Position numbers and translations under genes: made by a program. A stretch of DNA of 64,000 bases from Eledone cirrhosa (Eukaryota), in NCBI GenBank assembly GCA_964016885.1, contig OZ024759.1, forward strand, positions 24,614,001 to 24,678,000, read 5' to 3'. Shown in pieces: positions 43,814 to 56,895 of this stretch (within the stretch, counting starts at the first letter, position 1; each line of letters begins with the position of its first letter). The notes under the pieces were generated by a model. It was given only the letters and a program-made list of their open reading frames with translations. It searched no databases and had not been told where the DNA came from.

Positions 43814-43933
43814 TATAATTGTTTCTACTATTGGCACAAGGCCAGCAATTATCCCAGTGTATTACTGGTACTTTATTCTATCGACCCCTTAAGGATGAAA
43901 GGCAAAGTCAACCTCGGCGGGATTTGAACTCAG
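43814..43933 (-). mobile_element. 5'-truncated SINE S1
   Basis: S1 tail, body and box B. Confidence 0.88.
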
Positions 43934-44160
43934 AGAATGACTGTCTATAAGAGTTATTCAAAGTTTTATATGCAGAGAATTACCTAATATCAGCAGATAT
44001 TACGCAATTATGACTGCAGCCGGACTTCAGCAGGATTTCTATCCCAGTTTCGTTTCTACCACTGCTCACTCTCCTCTATCTTTCTATTTCTTCCCTAATT
44101 TCACATTCTATTTTCTCATGTTCTTATATCTCACACACCTTTTCGGGCTTCCAAATACCT

Positions 44161-44272
<112 letters not shown>

Positions 44273-44484
44273 TGTAATAAACAACATAAGGCAAAAATGT
44301 TTATTACATAACTATTAAGCTCTGTTACCTACATAGAGCACTCTTTTTTCCTGGACTTTTCCGACGGAATTACTTCACATATATATATATATATATATAT
44401 AATGAAAAATTGAACGGGAACAAAACAGAGAGGCAGTACAACAAATGTTTATTAATTTCACGCTCTTGAGAGTGGGGTGTGGTG

Positions 44485-44529
<45 letters not shown>

Positions 44530-44560
44530 CAATAATCAAAGTTCAGTTTAAGTCATTTAT

Positions 44561-44609
44561 TTGCTTACAATTGTTTCCTCCAAACCGAGGTTTGGATTCT
44601 TCGGAGCAA
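44561..44609 (-). ncRNA. Type I hammerhead motif with C4 core
   Basis: UUGCU-CCGAAGA-A-UCCAAAC-CUCG-GUUUGGA-G-GAAA-CAAUUG-UA^AGCAA. Stem I is 5 bp, stem II is 7-8 bp, and stem III is the palindrome ACAAUUGU. Confidence 0.72.
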
Positions 44610-44771
44610 CTATTTACTGATCTATAACATACTTGACCTCCTTTTCAACCCAAGAGATACATAAAACATATGCGCATATTGATCAACAGTGGGGTGACAT
44701 TCATCAAATGATATAGCATGGCAATTTACATACAAAGGTTACAGGATAAAAATAAAATAAAAACAAGAATG

Positions 44772-44865
<94 letters not shown>

Positions 44866-44906
44866 CGAAACATAAGTCAATTGCATGAACTCATAATCCT
44901 TTATTT

Positions 44907-44962
44907 ACTGCTATATATATTTCGATGATAGCCATTGAATGGTTATGACCTCATCAGGCAGT
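44907..44962 (-). ncRNA. Type I hammerhead ribozyme motif, family E
   Basis: ACUGC-CUGAUGA-GGUCAUAACCA-UUCAA-UGGCUAUCAUC-GAAA-UAUAUA-UA^GCAGU. Canonical core with a 5-bp stem I. Confidence 0.82.
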
Positions 44963-45121
44963 TAGTCAGTTCTTAGATATGCCAGCTCTGTGTTTATAGT
45001 GTTGATGGTATCAGAGCCTTGGGACATATGAGCTTGTTAGGAACAAATTAATGTTGTCAGCAGGAATAGTCTTGATTCTCATTGGTCAGTTTGTAGATGG
45101 TAGTAGGGTTGGTATATATAT

Positions 45122-45255
45122 AAGAAAAAAAGATGAAATCGAAAATGTAACTAGAGTCTTTTTAAGAATATTTATTTGTTTCCTTTACCGGTTTCACAGT
45201 TCTTATGCTTTTCGAAAGTAGAATTGAGATGGAGGGTTTTGTGGAGTTCAAGGAG
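45122..45255 (-). mobile_element. Family H element with HHR motif at 45183-45218
   Basis: CUU-UCGAAAA-GCA-loop-UGU-GAAA-CCGG-UA^AAG. Homologous to 48805-49000 and 56630-56862. Confidence 0.7.
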
Positions 45256-45455
45256 ACAACAGAGGTACAAAAAGTCTTATTAGTTTCACGCTTTATATTG
45301 GAAAGAAGAAAGAAAGTTCGACGTGTCTGACTTAAGCCCTTCTTCAGGAGTACAAATAGAGACAGGGTCACAAGGGAGAAACAGAAAGAAGGTCCAGTAA
45401 AGACACACAAAAAAAAAAAAAAAATGAAAAGAGAAAACAACGAGTAGCAACGCAA
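45255..45455 (-). mobile_element. Family A element with degenerate HHR (about 45316-45350)
   Basis: CUGAAGA-A-GGGC-UUAA-GUCA-GACA-CGUC followed by AAGCGTGAAACTAATA. Confidence 0.55.
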
Positions 45456-45491
45456 AGTGGAGTGTGTGTGTGTATTAGTATCATAATTGAT

Positions 45492-45792
45492 CGGTGGATT
45501 GGCAGTATCGGTAGAGGGTCGGACGCCATGCTTTCCAGCATAGTTACGTCCCTTTACGATCTAAGTTCAAATCCCGCCGAGGTTGACTTTGCCTTTCATC
45601 CTTATGGGGTCGATAAAATAAAGTACCAGTAATGCACTGGGTAATTGCTGGCCTTGTGCCTACAGTAGAAACAATAATTGATTCTACTTTAGGCACAAGG
45701 CCAGCAATTACCCAGTGCATTACTGGTACTTTATTTTATCGACCCCGTAAGGATGAAAGACAAAGTCAACCTCGGCGGGATTTGAACTCAGA
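45492..45792. mobile_element. Two S1 SINEs tail-to-tail (45492-45675 +, 45676-45792 -)
   Basis: Junction GTAGAAACAATAATTGATTCTAC. TSD-like ATAATTGAT flanks the + copy. Confidence 0.88.
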
Positions 45793-46193
45793 TGTGTGAG
45801 TGCAAGTGTAAGTTTAAATGTGTGTGATTTTAAAGGTGAAACGTGTAAAGTAAGAAAGTAAATGAGTGTAGGTGTATATACATGTGTTAACCACACATAT
45901 ATATGAAACATAACCCCCGGCACAGATGGGTTTGTTTCTGATGCCAATTCGTGAGAATGTGGCGTGTGTATGTGCATACTTAGCGTGTATATATATATGT
46001 AACGTGTATATATGTGCTATTTCATAGGGATAATAGACTGGTATATAAATCAAAATCTCGATTTTGTTCATATATTTAACATATATATGTATATATATAT
46101 ATATAAATGAAAATATGTATATAAAAGCCAACAATAATTCAGACATATTATGTATATATATATACGTACATATATATATTTATATATATATGC

Positions 46194-46296
<103 letters not shown>

Positions 46297-46339
46297 CATT
46301 TAAATATACATGTATATATATATATTTATACATATAAAT

Positions 46340-46394
<55 letters not shown>

Positions 46395-46410
46395 CATATA
46401 AATATACATG

Positions 46411-46455
<45 letters not shown>

Positions 46456-46472
46456 CATATAAATATACATGT

Positions 46473-46566
<94 letters not shown>

Positions 46567-46583
46567 ACATGTATATTTATATG

Positions 46584-46629
<46 letters not shown>

Positions 46630-46638
46630 CATATAAAT

Positions 46639-46715
<77 letters not shown>

Positions 46716-47154
46716 CATATTCATACACACACACACATTATATATATATACACACACACACACATTATATATATATATATATACATACACGGAAAAACCA
46801 TAAAACACTCAAACGTTCCTGTGTCGCAAAGGAAGCTACGAAGTCGTCTGTCTTCACGGTGAAAATGGCAACGCCAGCCACTAGACTGTATTTATGGAAT
46901 GTGTTCAGGCTCTTTAATTATGTATCGCTATTCTAACTACATAGTTACATTTCACATTTCACGTTACCATAGTGATAGATTTATATCAACCGGATATGTT
47001 GTTGTTTTTGCTGCTGGTGTTGTTGTTTTGCCATAGGAAGTTAATCGGTGTGTCTTAGTCCAAGTTCTGTACCAAATTGAACAGGACTGTTTATTATATA
47101 AAAGCCTTCCCGCCATGACTATCTCTTTATATTTATATGTTTTATTTCGCATAT

Positions 47155-47342
47155 ATAATTGTTTCTACTTTTGGCACAAGGCCAACAATTTTGGGGAGTG
47201 GGGAAAGTCAATTAAATCGACCCAAGTGCATTACTGGTACTTTATTTTATCGACCCCGTAAGGATGAAAGGCAAAGTTAACCTCAGTGGGATTTGAACTC
47301 AGACCATAAAGGGGCGTAACTCTTTGCTGCAAAGCATGGCGT
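47155..47342 (-). mobile_element. Long-form S1 SINE, 5'-truncated
   Basis: Well-preserved copy that retains TTGGGGAGTGGGGAAAGTCAATTAAATCGA, which is absent from short-form copies. Confidence 0.88.
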
Positions 47343-48703
47343 GATATATATGTTCGTCGGTTAGTTGATAACGACGAGAGAGAGAGAGAGAGAGGGGGGG
47401 GGGAGAAGGAATAAATATAGGGGTTCAATGAGGAGCATACATACCGATTGTAGTGGCAACGAACGCTAAATTCAGAGTACGCGTACATACATAAGCACAC
47501 ACACACTCTCTCAGTCACTCCCTCTCTCTCTCCCACCTTTCTCTCCATCTCTCTCTCCCCCTCTCCCTCCATCTCTCACACCCCCTCTCTCTCTCTCTGC
47601 CACTCACTCACGCGCACACGCAAGTAATTATCGTTTACTGTGACAACTGGAGTGCTTATACTGTTTGTACAAAGTTATGTTTTCTTTTCAACCATTCATT
47701 TTTACTTTGGGGAATGGAATATACGTATAGGAAAATAAATATTCCTTTTATCACCTTTTTTTTCTTCTCAAATCGCTCCTTTCTTTAATTCTATGTTTGA
47801 GTGTGAGCAGAATTATGATTCGCCTTAATCAACGGCTGACGATAATGATGGATTTAGTTATCATTTTTCATATATTAATTTGTTCATTTATATATAATAT
47901 ATATATATGTGTGTGTGTGTATGTGTGTGTGTATCTACGAATATGTATAACATTTCTAGAAAATGTGTCCGTAGTAAAATAGAAACAACAAACAAGCTTC
48001 CCCCTACTCTTAAAAATTATAAAGTCCTAATATATATTTGATTGTAGTTAAAATGTAAGTCCTTCTAGATTGCTCTGTATAATGCTATTAATCTCGTCTG
48101 CATAAATTACAAAAATATAATAGATATTAACTATGTAAGAAAATACGCTAAAAAAATTGCGTAAGAAAAAGAATATAAAATATTATTCTAAGAAAGTACT
48201 GAAAAATGAGAGAGAAGACACAACAATGGAAACGAGAAAAGATAAAAACAGAACTAAAAGATTATCTAATAAAATTAGTGAAACTATTAAGGGAAAAATA
48301 AGGGAAGATTGTGCAAGTAATTATCAATTACGATATTTAGTGGTAGCCATTTTATATGAGGCAGACGACACAAAGCTTAGTTTCTACTATAGGAAATTAA
48401 GATTCAATTGATAAGAATGGCGATTCATAACATCCGTCGTCTGTTAGTAACGAGAAGTGATATCTTGGTAAATGGTGGTGGTGGTGGTGGTGGTGTTGTG
48501 GTTGTGTGGTGGTAGTGGTGGTGGTGGTGGTGGTGGTGGTGGTAGTGTGATGGTGATGTTGGTGTTGTGTGGTGATGTTGGTGTTGTGTGATGGTGGTGG
48601 TGTTGGTGTTATGATGGTGTTGGTGTTGGTGGTGTGTGTTAGAGGTGTTGTGTGATGGTGTGGGTGTTGCGTGGAGGTGGAGGTGTGGTATTTGTAATAG
48701 TCG

Positions 48704-48733
48704 TTGAAAGCCAGGAACTTTTCAGCTGCCCTC

Positions 48734-48736
<3 letters not shown>
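48704..48736 (-). mobile_element. Solo mariner-like TIR fragment
   Basis: TA|TGAGGGCAGCTGAAAAGTTCCTGGCTTT resembles mariner termini. No partner TIR seen. Confidence 0.45.
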
Positions 48737-48804
<68 letters not shown>

Positions 48805-48806
<2 letters not shown>

Positions 48807-49000
48807 AGAAAGACCACAAGCTCTCCATCTCAATTCTACTTTTGAAAAGCACAAGAGCTGCTAAACCGGTAAAGGAACCAAATAAATATTTTTAAAAAGA
48901 CTCCAGTTGCATTTTCGATTTCATCTTTTTTCCTTATACTTTCACTCGTGTAGGACATCTCATTATTTTTCATTTTGTAAAAAACCTCATTTTCTCTCAT
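48805..49000 (+). mobile_element. Family H element with HHR motif at 48839-48874
   Basis: CUU-UUGAAAA-GCA-CAAGAGC-UGC-UAAA-CCGG-UA^AAG (G12 mutated). Flanked by (TA)n. Confidence 0.7.
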
Positions 49001-49260
49001 ATATATATATATGGTCCATCTGGTTCCTTACCACAACACCTTCGTTATATATATATATATATTTAACCTGTTAGTTCTTTCGTTGCTTTGGTATTGTTTG
49101 GTTGGGTTTTGCCTACCGCAATGTTCAATTTGTCAAGCTATTTAAACGTATGTTATTACTCTAAGGACCTACCCTTATTGAGTGCTTTGCTAACTCATTC
49201 CTATTGTAGGTCGACTTTGCTTGCCCACAGCCAAAGCTTCGATTTTACTAAGCTTCCACT

Positions 49261-49291
<31 letters not shown>

Positions 49292-49485
49292 GGTTAGTAC
49301 ATTGTCCGGCAAACCAAAGATGTCGGTTCGTGTCCTATGTACGTCAATGCTATCCCTTTTTCCTATTCAGACGATTTTTTAAAATCCCAACTAATAGACT
49401 AATTTATTTAGTCAAATACGGCGTAAGCACAATTTACTAGCTATTTTTCAAATCGTCGCTGTTTATACACAAAGCCTGCTTTGTA

Positions 49486-49544
<59 letters not shown>

Positions 49545-49550
<6 letters not shown>

Positions 49551-50060
49551 GTTTCTACTTTTGGCACAAGGCCAGCAATTATCCCAGTGCATTACTAGTA
49601 CTTTATTTTATCGACCCCGTAAGGATGAAAGGCAAAGTTAACCTCGGCGGGATTTGAACTCAGTTCGTAAAGGCCCGTAACTCCATGCTGCAAAGCATGG
49701 CGTCCAACCCTCTACCGATACTGCCAATCCACCGCATATATATATAATAAGAACAGATTAAGGTTTAAGCAAAGAATCGCTCTTTTCACCCTTATATATA
49801 TAATCTTTATCGAGCCCTCTTCGGATTTTAGTCTTCACATTTATTATTATTATTAGTATATATATAAGGGCGGTGGATTGGCAGTATCGGTAGAGGGTCG
49901 GACACCATGCTTTGAAGCATAGAGATAAGTCCCTTTATGATCTGAGTTCAAATCCCGCCGAGGTTAACTTTGCCTTTCATCCTTACGGGGTCGATAAAAT
50001 AAAGTACCAGTAATGCACTGGGTATTTGCTGGCCTTGTGCCAAAAAGTAGAAACAATTAT
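49545..50060. mobile_element. Two S1 SINEs head-to-head (49545-49735 -, 49868-50060 +)
   Basis: The second copy has TSD ATTATTAGTATATATATA at 49849-49866 and from 50056. Confidence 0.9.
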
Positions 50061-50119
50061 TAGTATATATATATATATATATATATATTATCAAACTTTA
50101 CACTCACTGACAACCAAAC

Positions 50120-50340
50120 AAACTTCCGTGCCAAAATACTTGCCACGCGATCACGTGACCTGCACATTTCCAAGATGTCGGTGGTGGTGATGGAAGTTAG
50201 CATTGTGTTTCCTGCCTCATGTGTGCCACAGTTGAACCAGGGCGATGAAAGAGAGACGAAACTATCGATAGACTGAGTAAATGGATAGCTAATCTATAAT
50301 CGCTTCGTCGTGTTCATCATCGCCGCCGTCGACATCGTTT
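50120..50340 (+). promoter_or_regulatory. Candidate promoter-like island
   Basis: CpG-retaining unique DNA with ETS-like ACTTCCG (50122), E-box TCACGTGACC (50151) and YY1-like CAAGATGTCGG (50171). Motif matches only. Confidence 0.3.
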
Positions 50341-50729
50341 TTCTTTCTTTCCTTCTTTCGTTTTCTTTCTCACCCAGAGGGAAAAATGAAAAGCTATAAA
50401 TCAAACGAGATCAGTACGAGATTTGATTTGAGACCAATGAGATTCCTGATCAGTGTCAAGCAGCAGGGAGACGGAATTAAATCAAATCAAATGTTCCTTT
50501 CGTTCTATTTAGATTTACACGTTTTCTGTACAAGCAGGAGAACCGAGCAAATATATTCTCCACTTGCAACTACACATAGAGACCTAGCTAGCCTTATCCT
50601 GTGTGCGTCTGTGTGTTTGCGTGTGTATCTCTGTGTCTATATGTGTTAGTGTGTGTGTGTGTGTGTTTATATCTCTCGCTTTCTCTCCATGTATGTACGT
50701 ATGTGTGAATCTGTGTGTGTATGTGTGGA

Positions 50730-50783
<54 letters not shown>

Positions 50784-51003
50784 TATGCGCTTGTGTCTGT
50801 GTATGTGTGTGTGTCTGTCTCTCTCTCTCTCTCTCTTTCTCCCTCTCTCTCTCCGCGTATATGCTTGTGTCTGTGTCTATGTGTGTGTGTGTGTGTGTGC
50901 GTGTCTGTCAATCTGTCCCTCTCTCTTTCTCTCTCTTTCTATATATATGTGTGTGTGTGTCTCTGTGTCTGTGCATGTGTATGTGTGTGTATGTGTGCTT
51001 GTA

Positions 51004-51040
<37 letters not shown>

Positions 51041-51204
51041 ATGTGTCTGTCTGTGTGTATGTGACTGTGTGCGTGTGTCTCTGTGTGTGTCTAGGATCTC
51101 CGTCGGTTCCGACAACGAGTGTTCAAATAATTTTTCATTTACTACTTCAGATACAGACCTAGCTAGCGTTCTTCTCTGTGTGTGTGTGTAGGGGGGGGGG
51201 GGGG

Positions 51205-52010
51205 CTTTCATTTTTAAAACACGCCAGAAACCTCCTATGACATACAATGTTCCAAGAGGCTATCTAAACCTACATATGTGTGAGCTGTAACAAGAACAAC
51301 AACGACACACATAATACGACGGGGGGGGGGGCTTCCATTATTAAAACACCCGTTGGATTAGCAGTATAGATAGAGCATGCATCAGAGACTATGCTTTACA
51401 GCATAGAGTTATGTGCCTTTACGTTCTGAGTTCAAATCCTGCCAAAGTTAGCTTTGCCTTTCATCCTTACGGGGGTCAATAAAATTATGTACCAGTAACG
51501 CACTGGGGTCGATTTAAATTACTTTCCTTGTCTCCCAAATTGTTGGCCTTGTGCTTAAATCAGAAACCATTATTAAAACACCCCCAGAAACCTCCTATGA
51601 GATACAACTTCTTAAGGGGCTAGTTAAACCTTCATGGTTGTGTACAACAACAACAACACACACTTGATAGGACTGGGGGCCCTTTCATTATTAAAACACC
51701 CCCAGAAACCTCCTATGAGATACAACCTCTTAAGGGGCTAGTTAAACCTACATGGTTGTGTACAACAACAACAACACACACATGATAGGACTGGGGGCCC
51801 TTTCATTATTAAAACACCCCCAGAAACCTCCTATGATATACAACCTCATAAAAGGCTAGTTAAACCTTCATGGGTGTGTACAACAACAACAACAACAACA
51901 ACGACGACGACAACGCACATAATAGGACTGGGTGGGGGCCTTTCATTATTAAAACACCCGAGAAACTTCCTGTAAGAGGCCAGATAAACTTGCATAGGTG
52001 TGAGCTGTAT
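51205..52010. repeat. About 118-bp tandem repeat interrupted by an old SINE (51352-51572)
   Basis: Unit CATTATTAAAACACCCCCAGAAACCTCCTATGA..CTAGTTAAACC..GATAGGACTGGGGGCCC. The SINE is flanked by TSD CCATTATTAAAACACCC (51335, 51567). Confidence 0.88.
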
Positions 52011-52260
52011 ATTCCATTTAAATTTTCACTTCACTTCATTTCAACGCAATTATTCTTTCTTTCAATGTAATCAATCAAACTCAATAATCCGTTAATCCCA
52101 TTCAGTTAATAATATCAAACAAGTTGGTGCTTAGATACTGTGAAATATATATAAAGTGTATCAAATAACACTTTTGTTCTCAGAGTTGGCTGTTTAAATT
52201 TATACCCATAGTAATTAAAACAATACACACACATACATACATACATATATACATATATAC

Positions 52261-52291
<31 letters not shown>

Positions 52292-52503
52292 AAATTTATA
52301 CCGATAGTAATTAAAATATTTCACACACACACAACATGCTTCTGCAGTTTCCGGTGACCCAAATTCCTCTCCCGAGGTATTGGTCAACCCAAAACTATCG
52401 TACACTTGCCCAATGTACTGTGCAATGGGCCTGAACACAGAACTATCGAATTGCGAAACGACGAGTTTCTTAACCACACAGCCATGCCAGTGTATGTGTG
52501 TGT

Positions 52504-52980
<477 letters not shown>

Positions 52981-52983
<3 letters not shown>

Positions 52984-53170
52984 AACGAGTAGGACCCCGA
53001 CGGCTGAGCTCAAGCCGTTTCGACGGCTAATTCTGGACTGAATTAGCCGTCGAAACGGCTTGAGCTCAGCCGTCGGGGTCCTACTCGTTCCTATTACCCA
53101 CTCTACTACCCTAAGTATTGAGTACTTTGGTGCGTTATGGTCCACCTGGTTCCTTACCACATTTCCTTCG

Positions 53171-53172
<2 letters not shown>
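52981..53172 (+). mobile_element. Family C element with fold-back
   Basis: About 55-bp perfect inverted arms (turn near 53037), complete tail, (TA)n on both sides. Confidence 0.88.
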
Positions 53173-53210
<38 letters not shown>

Positions 53211-53907
53211 GGTGGATTGGCAGGATCGGTAGAGCGTCGAACAAAATGATTTGTGATATTTAGTTACGAATTTCTATATTATGAGATTTTTCTTTCATTG
53301 AACCAACTTTGGACAACAGTACATCAAAAAACAAGATGGCGAATTGGCAGAGTCGTTAGAACGTCGGATAGAATGCTTTATGTTATTCGTTCTGACTCTC
53401 TTCTCTCTGAGTTCAAATCCCACCGAGGCCAACTTTGCCTTTCATCCTTTCGAGGTCGATAAAAAAAAAAAGAATTCCTCTCTCTGGAAGAAATCTGCTG
53501 TACTCAGGTCTGGAGAAGGATGGGCTCCGCCAGGCTTAAAATGTCCAAGAAACGCCGTATATCAATACAACGCTCCTACGACTCTATCATAAGTTACGGG
53601 ACCATACAAATACATATAAAAAAAAATACGAGAGAAAAACATCTCGTTACAGAACTCAATAATCTATAGCAGATTTTGCCATTGTTTATAGTAAAACACT
53701 AGCGAAAGCAGTAAATAAATAACAAGCGTTTCAGCTGACTAATAGCACGATACACTTAATTCTAAGATGACTCTATGTGAGGTGTGAAACTTCATAAATT
53801 TTCTAAACTGGCCAGATTGTTCTGTTGCCAACCTGTTGACTATCAGGATAAATCATTCACGTTCTCAGTTTGCTTGAGCGGCGATGAATTAACGCATTCA
53901 TCTTTTA

Positions 53908-53943
<36 letters not shown>

Positions 53944-54147
53944 CCCTCTCTCTCTCTTTCTCTCTCTCTCTTTGTTGGTCTCTCTCTCTCTCTCACACAT
54001 ACACTTAAAACAATCTCTCTTCTCACATGCATAGCAATCTCCCTCTCTCTCTACATGCACATGTACGCAACTGTCTGTCAGTCTGTCTTTCACCCACACA
54101 CACACACACAACAGTCCCCTCTCTGTCTCTCACTCTCACTCTCTCTC

Positions 54148-54178
<31 letters not shown>

Positions 54179-54209
54179 ATATATGTGTGTGTGTGTGTAT
54201 AATATTTTA

Positions 54210-54397
54210 ATAATTGTTTCTACTTTAGGCACAAGGCCAGCAATCACCCAGTGCATTACTGGTACTTTATTTTATCGACCCCGTAAGGATGAAAGGCAAA
54301 GTCAACCTCGGCGGGATTTGAACTCAGATCATAAAGGGACGTAACTATGCTGGAAAGCATGGCGTCCGACCCTCTACCGATACTCCCAATCCACCGC
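54210..54397 (-). mobile_element. Full-length SINE S1 with 16-bp TSD
   Basis: ATAATATTTTAATAAT at 54199-54214 and 54398-54413. Confidence 0.93.
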
Positions 54398-54675
54398 ATA
54401 ATATTTTAATAATGTAATTCTAGGATGTAATTACATAAATGTTCGGCATGTATGCATAAAAGACATACAGGACTAAATGTAGGAGTAACTTTGGAGAAAT
54501 AACTATTTACAGGGAGAAATGTAGGGATGGAACCCAGGGCCTTGGGATTGGAAAGCGAACTTTTTATTGTAGCAATATGACTGAAATATAGAAATACATT
54601 CTGTGTATGTCCTTGTGCGTAAAGCGATGAAATACCAATGAAAGTTGGAAGATCACTGATGAAGGACTAATTTTA

Positions 54676-54771
<96 letters not shown>

Positions 54772-54781
54772 AACCAGTAAG

Positions 54782-54875
54782 ACCCCGACGGCTGAGCTCA
54801 AGCTGTTTCGACGGCTAATTCTGGACTAAATGAAAATTTATTCTGGTATTTAAATAGCCGAGCTTCTCAAGGGGT
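54782..54875 (-). ncRNA. Complete type I hammerhead motif of family C, U3-A8 core, GUC site
   Basis: ACCCC-UUGAGAA-G..CGGCUA-long loop-UAGCCG..C-GAAA-CAGCU-UGAGCUC-AGCCG-UC^GGGGU. Stem I is 5 bp. Other copies show the intact stem III ACGGCU/AGCCGU. Lies within element 54769-54998. Confidence 0.78.
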
Positions 54876-54995
54876 AATTCCATATATGGTCAAAGTGATT
54901 GTCACAAGGATTGGTCACAAGTTAGTAGTAATTCTGTGATGGCAAATTAGTGGGGGAAGGGGTAGCTAAACCTGGTTCCTTACCACATTTCCTTC

Positions 54996-55099
<104 letters not shown>

Positions 55100-55114
55100 C
55101 GGGTAAAATTACCG

Positions 55115-55491
55115 AGATCCATGGACGAGTTCTCTCCAGCAGTCCATGTCCCTCATCATCACTGCCACGTCCTGCGTCTCCAACAGACCATGTCTGTCCT
55201 TAGGGCATCAACATATGTCAACTTCGGTCTCCTTCTTCCAGTGTGTCCATTCACAGGAGCACTGAGTGCAGTGTCAACTCTGAATGTCGGTGAGCATGTC
55301 CAGCTAACCTCAGTCTCCTCTGGGTTACTTTTGAGCTGATTTTTGGGAGGCTCCCGTACAGCTCTGAGTTCTTCATCCTCAGTGTATACTGATTAATGTT
55401 CAGAGCCATCCTCAGCATTCTCGTGTAGCACCCATCCACCATCTGAGTGAGTTTCTTGGTCAGTGTCCAAGTCTCAGACCCGTACAGCAGC
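55115..55491 (-). pseudogene. Decayed RTE-clade LINE, post-RT C-terminal region
   Basis: LLYGSETWTLTKKLTQMVDGCYTRMLRMALNI..NSELYG.LP.ISSKV..RRLRLAGH, typical of RTE ORFs. Confidence 0.88.
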
Positions 55492-55870
55492 AAGGAGGAG
55501 AGGAGGGAGAATATGGAGGTGATGCGGGAAGAACTCTGTACCGCTTACACTGAAGCCAGAGAGGAGGCACTGATAGAGAAGATCAGAAGTGTGGAGAGAG
55601 CGGTTGACAGGTATGGGTGTAAGGAGAGCTGAATGATCATCAACGAGATCACAGGGGGGGAAGAGATGTTCGAGTCAGACCCAGAGAACAGGGCCCGAGG
55701 ATAGGAAGAGGAAATGGCTGGACCATTTTAGAACCCTACTAGAGAGCCGCCCTCCACAGCCCAGAACACTGGGGAGATCAGGCGGCTGTTTGAGGAACTG
55801 GATATTGAGACAGGGCCATTCACCAAAGAGGAGCTTCATAGAGCCAAGAAGATCAAGGAGGGCAAGGCTC
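55488..55870 (+). pseudogene. Inverted upstream segment (EN-RT linker) of an RTE LINE
   Basis: ..KES*MIINEITG..RKRKWLDHFRTLL..LDIETGPFTKEELHRAKKIKEGKA across frameshifts, the region that precedes the RT domain. Confidence 0.75.
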
Positions 55871-56373
55871 ATATATATATATATTAGGTATTAAATTAAC
55901 AATGCAAATAAAAGCAACAAAGTCAAGTTACTTTACCAATTCCTATCATTGCTTTACGATCGTTTCGGAGGGTCGATCATATTGATATATTTTCATTGTT
56001 GATTTAATACTTAATATCTGACTCTGTATCTAAGGAATTAACTCAGCGGAACACAGAACTTCTCTATGGATTTCACTGCATTACACGCAATCGGATTACA
56101 TTGAGTTCTATCTACGGTACGGACCCAACGACCAGAGGTAGACCACACTGAACAAAAAAATATATATATGTATATAGATGCGTATATATAACTTCGATAA
56201 CTTTGATAGGTTTCAGCGAGTATTGGACCCACGTGGCATAAGGACATGTATAATATGTGTGCATGTGTGTGTATACAGATAAAAACACACGTGGTGGCGC
56301 AAGGATGAGCATTATGTGTATATTTGAGTAAATTTTAAAGAATTACAGACGAAGACACATACATACATACACA

Positions 56374-56428
<55 letters not shown>

Positions 56429-56586
56429 AAGGTTTAGCAAATAATGAAAAAGTTTCAAAATAAATTTTAAAAAATTGACTTTACCTACTATTTACCTACT
56501 TATTAACCTGCCATTGAACCACATTGGCATTTGGTTGGACAATACATGCGTCCCTTAGCGCCTTGTGCGTGAAGGAACACATATCC

Positions 56587-56629
<43 letters not shown>

Positions 56630-56632
<3 letters not shown>

Positions 56633-56858
56633 AAAAAGGGATGAAATCGAAAATGCAACTGAAGTCTTATTTTTTTTAAAAATATATATATTTATTTGGT
56701 TCCTTGCCTCGACAGAGTCCCGCAAGGAACCAAATAAATATATATATTTTAAAAAAAAATAAGACTTCAGTTGCATTTTCGATTTCATCCCTTTTTCTTT
56801 ATACTTCCACTCGTGTAGGACACCTCGGTTATTTTTCATTTTGTAAAAAAAACCTCAC

Positions 56859-56862
<4 letters not shown>
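56630..56862 (+). mobile_element. Family H element with fold-back
   Basis: About 78-bp inverted arms around a 14-nt spacer. The sense arm joins the family sequence at AAGGAACCAAATAAAT. Confidence 0.85.

Positions 56863-56895
<33 letters not shown>

Noticed and set aside
54622-54670. SECIS-like or C/D-box reading of AUGA...UGAUGA
   Set aside because: The helix adjacent to the putative GA quartet does not pair, and there is no D-box or terminal stem.
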